This document shows, in pieces, positions 44,101 through 53,677 of a stretch of 64,000 bases of DNA. A program made the translations under genes and the position numbers. Below the pieces are notes generated by a model, which was given only the letters and a program-made list of their open reading frames with translations, searched no databases and was not told the origin of the DNA. The DNA is taken from positions 1,339 through 65,338 of the forward strand of contig RQSC01000908.1 of the NCBI GenBank assembly GCA_013416795.1, given 5' to 3'. The stretch is from Prasinococcaceae sp. CCMP 1430 (taxonomy: Eukaryota; Plantae; Prasinodermophyta). Numbering within the stretch: position 1 is the stretch's first letter; every line of letters starts with the position of its first letter.

Positions 44101-45294
44101 TCACACGACCACCGTCGCACACCCTGCCGGGCGCGGCGACCCCGCGGTGCCCCTCGCGTACTCCCTCTTGCCCGCGAGCGTCTGCTTGGAGAGGAAGGCA
44201 TTCAAGTGCACCGTCTCCATCTTCTGTACTCGATCGAGCTCAGCGAGCACGTTCTTGTAGCGCTTGTCGCGCCGCTGCGTGTCGCCCTCGCGCGCCTTGC
44301 GCAGCTCCTCGCGACCGCGCGACACGCGCTGCAGCAGTGCCTGCGCCTCTTGCTGCTGCTGTGCTTGCAAACGCGCCAGCCGCAGCTCAGCCTCGGCCTT
44401 GTACGCCGCCAAAGTCGACGCGAGCTCAACCTTTTCGATGGCATCCGCTGCCGTCTTGATGCGCTGCGCCTCGATGTATTTCCCCTGCCTGGCGAGAGTC
44501 GCCTCGAGGTTGCGCTGGATGAGCAACTCCTTTGAGTACTGCGGGCGCGTGGGCGCGCGTGACTCGACACCGTCTTTGAAGGCGATCAGTTTTTCGAGAT
44601 GTACGCCCTTGAGGCGCTCCACCTGCTCCTTGACGCTCGCCTCGTACTCCCCCTCCTTGGCCTCCCACATACTCGCGTGCGACGAGGACTCGGCAGCGTA
44701 CGCGCGCTCAGCCTTGAGACGCTCGCTCATCTGACGCGCGCGAATTTCCTCGCGCTTGCGCGACTCCTCGTGCACCTTCAAGTCGTTTATGCGCATGGCC
44801 GCCGTCCGTGCCTCGAGGTACTTCCCCTCGCGCTCGCACACTCGCCGGTGCTCCTCGAGGGCGCGCAGGAACTCCAGCACGGCTTCATCCTCGGTGAGCT
44901 GACCGTTCTCCCGGTAGCTTCGCCGCGCGCTCAGCGTCGTCTTAGGGCTGTGGGGGCTCGACGAGAGACCCGCCTCGCCCTGCTCTCCAGCATGCGCATC
45001 GCTGTCGGCCAGCGCGCGGTAGACACTCACGAAGGCACGGAAGCCAACGCGCCCGGTGCCGTCGGGATCCACCGAGCGCGTCACCAGCGCCAGCTCGCCG
45101 GGCGGCACGCTCACCGCGCCGGCCGACGACAGCGCCGCGGCAATCGACGACACTTCCATCATTCCCGCCTTTTCTGGGTCTTGCTCAGCGAACGCGTCGT
45201 GCAGTGCCTCGAGCTGGGCAGGCGTCATGCCGACCTCCGAGTTGGTCACGCCGAGGAAGGTCACGCCCGCGAGCTCAAGAGACGACACGGGCAT
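44101..45294 (-). CDS. Degenerate EF-hand pair plus long helical/coiled-coil protein
   Basis: N-terminal centrin-like LHDAFAEQDPEKAGMM and VDPDGTGRVGFRAF, followed by a charged helical region (LEEHRRVCEREGKYLEA...LARQGKYIEAQRIK). Confidence 0.75.
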   Translation of the reverse strand: MPVSSLELAGVTFLGVTNSEVGMTPAQLEALHDAFAEQDPEKAGMMEVSSIAAALSSAGAVSVPPGELALVTRSVDPDGTGRVGFRAFVSVYRALADSDAHAGEQGEAGLSSSPHSPKTTLSARRSYRENGQLTEDEAVLEFLRALEEHRRVCEREGKYLEARTAAMRINDLKVHEESRKREEIRARQMSERLKAERAYAAESSSHASMWEAKEGEYEASVKEQVERLKGVHLEKLIAFKDGVESRAPTRPQYSKELLIQRNLEATLARQGKYIEAQRIKTAADAIEKVELASTLAAYKAEAELRLARLQAQQQQEAQALLQRVSRGREELRKAREGDTQRRDKRYKNVLAELDRVQKMETVHLNAFLSKQTLAGKREYARGTAGSPRPAGCATVVV

Positions 45295-46196
45295 CGATCC
45301 CGCGGGGTTCGGAGCCGCAGCAGTGCGCGCGGGATCCTACGCGCACACACGCGCAGCCGCCAGTCGATAGAGCGCGAGCGGCGTCAGCACGGCGAAGTGC
45401 GATTGTCGCTGTGGCACGGCATGGCCAATCGCGAGGAACGAACAGCGCGATGCACCCACGAGCATCGTTCCCCCCCCCTAGCTCCAGCGCCATTGCCGCG
45501 ACGAGCACCTGCCGTGTATGCGCAGGCCCGCCCGTCCACGCCGACGCCCGTGCGCGCAGAGCACAGGCGCATGCGCCCGAGCGCATGCAAGCTCGGGGGC
45601 GCACGAACGCGCCGGCACACCGGGCGCGGGGCGAGCGGGTTGGCGCTCTGTCCCCCCAAAAAAGTAACGCATTGGCTCTCTCGCGCGCGAGCGCTGCCCC
45701 CCCGCGCCAGCGGCGCTCCCCTCCCGCCATCGAGCCGAGCGGCCCCCGAAGCAATGCGACCGATGCGAACCACATACGACGAGCGGTAAGGGAGAGACGA
45801 GGGGGAGGTGCAGCGCGCGGAAGGGATGTGGGGAGGGAGGGAGGGAGGGAGCGCGCGCGCGCGCGAGCGCTCTCCCAAGGCGGAAACGAGGGAGACGAAA
45901 ACAACACGACAGCGAGCGAGGCCGCCGCACTTCGCGCCGCCGCCGCCGCCGCCGCCGCGGCGCGGCACGGCGCGGCGCGCAGTGGCGCGCGCGCCGCGGC
46001 GCATCCGATTGCGGCCCGCGCGGAAGCGCATGCAAAACCATATCACATTTGAACCCTTTTCCATCCATACCCATACCCTTATTCGCACTGTGAGCCGTTC
46101 AGGTTTCGTGCCATGCGAGCGCGCCCGGCCGTGGCATGGTATCAGCGGTCGAGGACGAGTCGATTAAATGAGGGCCCGCGGCCGCGCGCCGCGGGC

Positions 46197-48753
46197 TCAG
46201 AAGAACGCCAGGCTGCCCGCCCCGGCCACGCGCGCCGAGTTGCCGCCGCCGCGCTGCCTGGGTGGTGTGGGCGGCCGCTCCTCGTTGATGCGGCTCATCC
46301 ACATGTCGTCCAGGAGGCCGCCCTCGTCGCCGGGGCTCTCAGCCCCGGGCTTGATGGTGGGCGGCAACGGGTGAATGAGCTTGGGCACAACCAGCAGGTC
46401 GCGACCAACGACCAAGATAGCCCCCGCGTTGTTGGCCGTGCCACAGTAGTTGGTCGCCGAGAAGACGGTGATGAGGTGGCCCTGCGCAAAGCGCTCGAAG
46501 CCGTCCATGACGCACTCGTGCGCGCGAACGAGCATCGAGAGGTTATTGTTGGAACAGAAGTCGCGGACGCGGTCGGGGCCGAAGGTGACAAGCCCTGGGC
46601 CGCGCGCGTTGGGCTGCAGGCCCTCGATGCCGTCGTTGTCGGTGGGATCCGACCACAGCAAGTCCATCAGTAGCTGGCCGCCCCCTTCCATGGTGACCGG
46701 CCGAACCACCGCCTCGATCTGCTCCACCTTGCTGATGCAGCGCCCAATGCCGCCGTGCATGCACAGGATCTTGCCCTCGATGCTCGCCGCGAGCGGCAGC
46801 CAATTAAACACTTGGTTGAAGCGCTGCCACACCCAGATGCCCTGCTCCTCGCCAAGGCGCTCCACGCACTCCGTGCGGAAGCCAAAGAGCGCGTTGATAT
46901 CGCTCGCCTCGTGGTTGCCACGGATGAGGTGCACGTTGTTCGGGTGCTCGATCTTGAGCGCCAGCAGCAGGCAAAGCGTCTCGAGCGAGTGGTTGCCGCG
47001 GTCCACGTAGTCGCCGAGAAAGAGGTAGTCAATGTAGTTGATGTCGCCGGCCGTGCTTGGCGAGCCGTACTCTGCGAAGAGCCGCATCAAGTCCACAAAC
47101 TGCCCGTGGAGGTCACCGAAGATTTTCACCGGAGCGCGCACTTGCAGCACGCTTTTCTCGTCCTGGAAGATCGCCTCGGCCTTGTCGCAGAGGTCCGAGA
47201 TGCTCTCGGCACTCAGGATGAACGAGCGATCCGAGGGTGGCTCCCACCCGCGCGGCTTCAGCAGGTGCTGCAGCACGGCCTTGTGCACGCCTCCCATCGA
47301 CCGCACGCGCTGCATGATCGGCGTACTGCCGGACGCGCTCGCGGGCGAAGACAGCTGGGCGCTGTGCTGCGCGCTCGGCGTGCCCATGCTCACACGCCGC
47401 GCTTCGTTCTCGAACTGGTCAATGCTCAGCTGCCGCACCAAGCCACCGAAGTGGTCGCCGCTGTCTGCCGCCGCCGCGACCACCACTGCGCGATTGTGCA
47501 GGCGCACCTCCGTGCCCGGGGTCGACGTGTGCGAGCCAGGTCGTGGCGGGGGTCGCCCGCCCGACTTGACCCCTGCGTTGACGGCAGGGTCGTCAGGCGT
47601 GCTGGGCGAGCCCTCGCCCTTGCCGTATGCGTTCATGCCCGCGCCGATGTCCATTTGCTCGGGCGGGAGCTCCCCGCCGCGTGCCAGCTGCCAAGCGCGC
47701 CACGCTGGCGACGACGCTTTGCCGACAATGCCCAGCGTGCCCGCCTCGTTGGTCTCCGCCTTCGCATCCGTCCCCGCCAACAAGTCGTCGAGCAGCACCC
47801 CGCCCCGCAAGCCGCCGTACACGAACATGCACCCCTTGCACACCGCCATCGCATGCCTACAGCGCGCCGTCACAGACGCGTCGCCTTGCCTGCCGCCATC
47901 GTCCCCCTCGCCGCCGTCGCCTGAGACGGCCCATGTGCCCGCGTTGGTGCACAGCGTGGCCAGCTCAGCGTCCTTATCGACCAAGCGACCCCCCCCGAGC
48001 GCGCCGCCGACCACGTGCAGCCGGCAGTCGACGAACGCAGCCGTGTGCTGGTACCGCGCGGACGGAGCCGTCCCGGGCGCTGGCGCCCACTCCCACCGCC
48101 CGTCGCGGTGGCGCGCCAGCCCGTACGTGTCCGCGAGCGGCTGAGACGACGCGTCGCGCCCGCCCGACAGCAGCAGCAGCCCGTCGGAGCGCGCCGCTGC
48201 GGCGGCGTACATGCGCGCGGCGGGCAACGGTCCCTGCGCCCGCACGCGCAGCCAGGCGTACGGCTTCGTCGCGGTGTCAAGAGCCCAGATATCGTCCAGC
48301 GTGTTCCTGCCGTCATTGCCGCCGATCACAATGAGGAAGCGCTGCCCGAGCAGCGCCAGCACGTGCGCGTACCTGGCGGCCGGCCCCGGGCCTGGCACGA
48401 CGACCCTGTGCCAGCGCGGCGTTGCCGGGCTGAGGTCGAGCACGTGCAGATCCCCAGTCGCCAACCCTGCCGGCCCAATGCCGCCCTGCACAACCACCAT
48501 GTTGCCCACCGCCGCCGCGGCGTGCGCTGCACGCGGGCTCGGCGGCTCGCCCAACGGCTCGAGCTTGTTCCACACGCCCGACGCCACGTCAAACATGTGG
48601 CAGTCGGACGTGGCGCCCGCCAGTCGCACGCCGCCGCCGGCAGCGGGCGCCGGCGTGCCGCCCGGCCCGCTGCCCTCGAGGGCGGTCGCCCCGCCGAACA
48701 GGAGCAGCTTCCCCGTGCCGTGCTCTGGGCCCTCGAGCGCCGTGAGCGTGTGG
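46197..48753 (-). CDS. BSL: BSU1-like/PPKL kelch-repeat Ser/Thr phosphatase; first exon not securely placed
   Basis: Kelch repeats (HTLTA, PSPRAAHAAAAVGNMVVVQGGIGP), LVRQLSIDQFENEARR, the PPP motifs GDLHG, GDYVDRG, RGNHE, RAHEC and FSATNYC, and ERPPTPPR. Acceptor ttctag at 48754-48759. Confidence 0.96.
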
Positions 48754-48801
48754 CTAGAACTGACCCTCGTTCGCCGGCTGGGCCCCCGCTCTTCGTTGCA
48801 G

Positions 48802-48985
48802 GTACTTCTCATTCATGATTTTCCTGACATTAGTGGAGCTTAACTTAATAGTTGCGATTCTCGTGGGCGCTTTCGACGCGGCCAGGGAGCACGCCGCATC
48901 GAAACATGTACCGGAGAGGACAATCGGCGCGACTGTCACCGAGTATCGACTCTTGCGCCGGGCCACGCGCCTGCAGGCAGACGGG
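48802..48985 (+). other. Orphan exon encoding a polycystin/TRP-like S6 helix, antisense to the 5' region of BSL
   Basis: Preceded by a CTGAC branch point and ttgcag acceptor, followed by a gtgcgt donor. Translates YFSFMIFLTLVELNLIVAILVGAFDAAREH. Confidence 0.5.
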
Positions 48986-49622
48986 GTGCGTTCGCGCTCN
49001 GGCACCGCGGCGCCGCGGCGCCGTGTGGCGTGCGCGCGCGCGCGAATCGCCCGGTTTGCGCGCAACGCAAACACCTCCTTCCCCGCGCGCCATCAAAACG
49101 CACCCGCGCCGCGAAAAACGGAAAAAGCGGCGCGCGCGCGCGAGACGCGCGAGCGCGCGGCCCGCCGAAGTCGCCATCAAATCGCACGCGGCCGGGGGGG
49201 CGAGCCCCCCCCCTGGCGCCGCTCCGACCAATGTTTTCCGGCCTTAAATGAGATAAAAATTAGGGCCGTTGCTTACTAGCTGGAAAAAAGTTTGGATGTT
49301 TTCTGCGGGTACATGAGATAAAAATGAAGGCCGCTGCGTAAGAGCCGGAACAAATTTTTGGCATAAATTCAGGCGTCGGGAGAGAATTTGTGCCAAAAGT
49401 TGTTCAGAGGGGGGCTTGCTTCATAGCTGGAATGAGAATAATTTTTTGCATGCATTTTTGATGGAAAACACCAAACCGAGGTACCGGGTGGTCCCCCGAT
49501 GCGCGCAACCGCAACATATTATGGGTGTAAATAATAGGGTTTGATGAGGTCCTCTCGAATGCGAGCCCGCCGATCGGCGCGCGGCCACAGGGCGCGGCGC
49601 CGGCGGCGCGCCTCCCCCCCAG

Positions 49623-51135
49623 GCGCGCGCGGGCGCGTACGCCGCGGAGCCGTTCGCGTGCCTGGACGGGCGGGGCGCGGGCGTGGTGAACGATGACTTC
49701 TGCGACTGCGCCGACGGCAGCGACGAGCCCGGGACGGCCGCGTGCGCGGGCTCCGGCGGCGCGTTCCGCTGCGAGAACGCCGGCTACGAGGCCGCGCTCG
49801 TGAGCGCCGCGCGCGTCGGCGACGGCGTCTGCGACTGCTGCGACGGCACGGACGAGCCCAAGGGGATGTGCGGCAACACCTGCGACAAGGAGCTCGCCGA
49901 GCGCGTCGCCGCGGCCACTGCGGAGCTCGCCGTGTACGCTGACGGTCTCGCTGCGCGTAAGGGTATCATCGCCGCGTCGGCAGCCAAGGTTGCCGATTGG
50001 AAGGCCACCGCCGCAGGTGAGTCGGCGCGCGCGCCCGTGCGGGCGCGCCGGTTCCGGTGCGCGGCGGCGCTGACGCACAATCCTTCCGCGCGCCCGACCC
50101 TGTCGGCGCTGCGATCGGCCGCGCTCGCAATCTCTGCCCGCCCGCTCTGCTTCGCCCGCGTGCATGCGCGCGCCTGGCTCTTTCCCCGCCACAGGCTCGC
50201 AGGAGGCTGTGGGTGCCGCCGAGGCGTGGAAGGCAGAGGCTGAGCGCAGATATGAGCTGGTCGAGCAGCGCGAGGAGAGCGGCGATGTCGGCGAGCCCGA
50301 GGGGCCCGAGGCGGAAGAGGCGCCAGATGAGTGCGCCGAGGACGATGCGGATGAGCCGACCGAGGAGACGGAGGTCGAGCGCGCGAAGCGCATCGCGATG
50401 CAATGGGGCGCGAAAACCGGCGACGATGATGAGGACGGCGCTGCCGCCGATTGCGCGGGCGCATGCAGCAGTGGGGCCATTGGCGCGGACGATTGGGACG
50501 ACGAGGCAGTGGCGGCCCTCGCGCCGCTCGTGCGCAATGCGAGCGCAGCCAAGCCAGAGGAGTGGTCCGACGAGGATGACGGACCGTGGGAGCAGCCGAC
50601 GGTGGAGAACCCGCGCTTTGCAGAACTCAAGAGACGCACAGCCGCCGACTGTGCCGCCGCTGAGGAAAAGCTGAAGGCGCTGAAGGCTGAGCGCAAAAGT
50701 GCGCAGGATCTGCTGGTGAGGCACTTCAAGGGCGAGTACGGCGCAGACAGTGAACTGGCAGCGCTCGCGGGCGAGTGCTTGAAGGGCACCGTCGATGCGT
50801 ACGAGTATGAGTTGTGTCCTTTCGACAAGGCTGTGCAGGTTGAGAGGGACCACCACAGTAGGCGCACCAACCTCGGCAAGTGGGCCGGCTACGAGACCGA
50901 CGCCAACGGTATCGTGAGCGCCATGCACTTCGACGGCGGCGTGCCTTGCCCGAACGGCGTCGCCCGCAAAGTGGATGCCACGCTCGTGTGCGGCGCCACC
51001 CAGGCCGTGTTGTCGGTGGAAGAGCCCAACATGTGCGAGTACGTCGCGCGTGTATCGACGCCGCTGGCGTGCAGCGAGGGGGGACGCGCCGAGCTCGAGG
51101 CATTTCTCGCCGAGCACGCGGCCGACGCGTCGTAG
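49623..51135 (+). CDS. PRKCSH: Glucosidase II beta subunit (PRKCSH-like); N-terminal signal region not resolved; intron 50017..50194
   Basis: [20 protein letters not shown]...[14 protein letters not shown], an acidic region, and the MRH domain YEYELCPF...LGKW...GVPCPNG...R...[10 protein letters not shown]...TPLAC. Confidence 0.93.
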
Positions 51136-51366
51136 TCCCGCATGGCGCGCGCGCGCGCCGTAAATTCTGGGCATTGGGCGGGCGACGCACATGGTGCGCG
51201 TCGATGTATTATTCAATCCTACCTGGGCTGAGCAGGGCCACCCTGTGAGCTCGCTTGCTTGTGCCACAGCGGCGCGTGTGGAACGAGCGTGCCGCCTGGC
51301 CTGGGTGACCGCCGCCTCTCTTGCCCGGCTACTGTCCCACGGTACCTCGAGAGGCCGTGGCTCGCG

Positions 51367-52290
51367 TCAGTTGGGCATGACGAGGTCCTCGAGCTCCAGG
51401 AATGTGCGCACGCCGAGCTTGATCATGCCGTCGTCGTTCCTGATCCAGCCTTCGCTCTCGATTTTGTCGAGTGCCGCTTCTTTATCGCTTGTGCGCATAC
51501 CCGCGACCTGCTGCGTGTCGAGGTACTGCGTCTGAGCGACGGCGTCGTCCTCGTCCGGCGCCTCCCCCTCGGGTACGCGCACGTTGATGGCCTGCAGTGG
51601 CGCGGGTCAGAGCACGATGCGAGGGCGGCCTGACGCAGCGGGCGCGCTCCTGCGACGATGTTCTGACAGCGGGCGAGCACGCGCGTACCTGCATCATGGG
51701 CAGCTCGCCGTCCGGGCAATTGTTGGTGATCTCCTCGACAATCAGGCGGAACAGCGAGAGCTCTCCTGGCGTCAGCCGCGTGCCCGACGTCTTGGATGGG
51801 CTGTCGGCGACCTTGTTGACAATGCCGATGTACAGCTTGTTGTCTTCGTGCTTGTACGCGGTGCGGCGCAGGCCCATGCCGATGAAGTTGAGAGCTTCAT
51901 TGATCGCCGCCCAGTATTCTGTGTATCCGCTGTCGTCCTCCTCGCCGGCGGCCTGAGCGCCGCATAGGAAGAGCGTACCCGCATGGGGCGGCATGGTGGT
52001 GGTGGCGGCGGCGATGAGGGCGACGGGTGGTCAGATTCTTGCTCGCGCGCCCGTGCGGCACTCCTCACGCGTGTCGATGGGCGAATCGCTCGGCGCGCGC
52101 TCACCTCCCTGTAGATCTCACGCGCCTCCTTGTCGAGCATGTACTTCCGCGCGAGGAGCGCCTGCACGAGCACGTGGTGGTGCGGCTCGAGGGCGGCGCG
52201 CGCGCCGACGTGCCGCCTGCCGCCCACCGCCTTCGACTTGGTCTTCTTGCTGCTCGGCCCGGCCGCCGCCGAGCCGAAGCGCTTGGGCAT
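51367..52290 (-). CDS. NSE1: Smc5/6 complex non-SMC element 1 (Nse1) winged-helix region; 3 exons; no RING domain seen
   Basis: HHVLVQALLARKYM, INEALNFIGMGLR, YIGIVNKVAD, TRLTPGELSLFRLIVEEI and ALDKIESEGWIRNDDGMIKLGVRTFLEL (cf. the Nse1 LGPRxFLEL motif). Confidence 0.72.
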
Positions 52291-52502
52291 CGCGGCCGGC
52301 GGAGCCTCGCGCCGCGCGCGAGTGCGGGGCGGGCGCGTCGTGCGCGCGCAGTGTGGCGGGCACCCGCTCTTTCGGTACCTACTTTTTGAACCACTTTTTG
52401 TTTTTTGTTCCCGCCGCTCACAGGACGCGGCGCGAGTGCACACAGCAAGCGCCCCCGCGCCACACGGCGCGCGGGGGACGCGCCCGGGCGCGCGAGGCCA
52501 CC

Positions 52503-53025
52503 CATGATGTCAAGTAGCACGACCGGACCGCCGCCGAGCCTGCCGCCGAGCCCGCCGCCGAGCCCGCCGCCGAGCCCACCGCCGAGCCCGCCGCCACAAT
52601 CGCTCGAGGAACTCTGCAGGACATTTGGCAAGAAAAAGAAGTGCAATGCGGAGAGCGCGTGCGAATGGAGCGACTCCACGTCCACGTGCAAGACAGACTG
52701 TTCGACCCTGAGCAAGAAGAGCACGTGCAATGCGGAGAGCGCCTGCAAGTGGAGCTCCAAGTCATGCAAGGACAAGGAGGACGACGAAGTGGAGGAGGAG
52801 GCAGTGGACTGCTCGACCTTCAGCAAGAAGAGCACGTGCAATGCGGAGAGCGCCTGCAAGTGGAACTCTTCCAAGGAGAAGTGCAAGGACAAGGAGGACG
52901 ACGAAGTTGAGGAGGAGGCAGTGGACTGCTCGACCTTCAGCAAGAAGAGCACGTGCAATGCGGAGAGCGCTTGCAAGTGGAACTCTGCCAAGGAGAAGTG
53001 CAAAGCTCAAGAGGCGGGGGCGTAG
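52503..53025 (+). CDS. SPPP-linker plus four Cys-rich repeats (C-x7-C-NAESA-C-x-W-x3-6-C); possibly a fragment
   Basis: Tandem 117-bp units (52807 and 52924) with codon-preserving variation, and (SPPP)n upstream. Confidence 0.65.
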
Positions 53026-53677
53026 GTCCTGTACTAAGGTGTATTAAAATGTTTGCTCACGTACACAAGCGAACCACGCGCTGCGAGCGTGCCTCTTACC
53101 TGGTCTATCACAACTCCAGCGCCAGCCCACAGCATGAGCACCATGCACGCACGCAAGCCTTGTCATCGCGCAGACCTTGACTCCGAGCGCACTCTGGCGC
53201 TCTCGCGGCAACATGGCACGGCACGCGCCACGTCCACGCCCGTGCTCAGCGACGCCCGCCGTGATACCCACGAGCGTGCTCACGCGACCACGAGCGCCTC
53301 AGCACCCACTTGCTTGGCCGAGCGTGCCTGAACTATGCGGCCGCGGCCGCGGCGACGGCCAACAACAAACCCTATCTGAGAAATACTAAACCTCAATTAT
53401 GCCCAACCCTAACCCAAAACCCTCACATGCGAGCGTCGGGGTTGGTGGGTGGGGGTGGGAGGGGACGTGGCGTGGCAGACACACGGCAGGGCGCGGGGCG
53501 CGCAGGGGGTGGGGCTGCCACCCCACCTCACCTGCGCCTTTTCTCGCGCCCCCCGGCCTGCCGGGCGCGAGGGCACCAAGACTCGACTCGGAGGGTGTTG
53601 GCGAGCGCTTCCACCCTCTCTCCCACCTCCTCTCCCATTCTGTGACTGGGCCTGTCTGGCCACGCTCGCCTCTGCCC

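Noticed and set aside
7-52290. PRKDC and NSE1 as a DNA-repair gene cluster
   Set aside because: They are about 38 kb apart with about 16 unrelated genes between them, consistent with chance.
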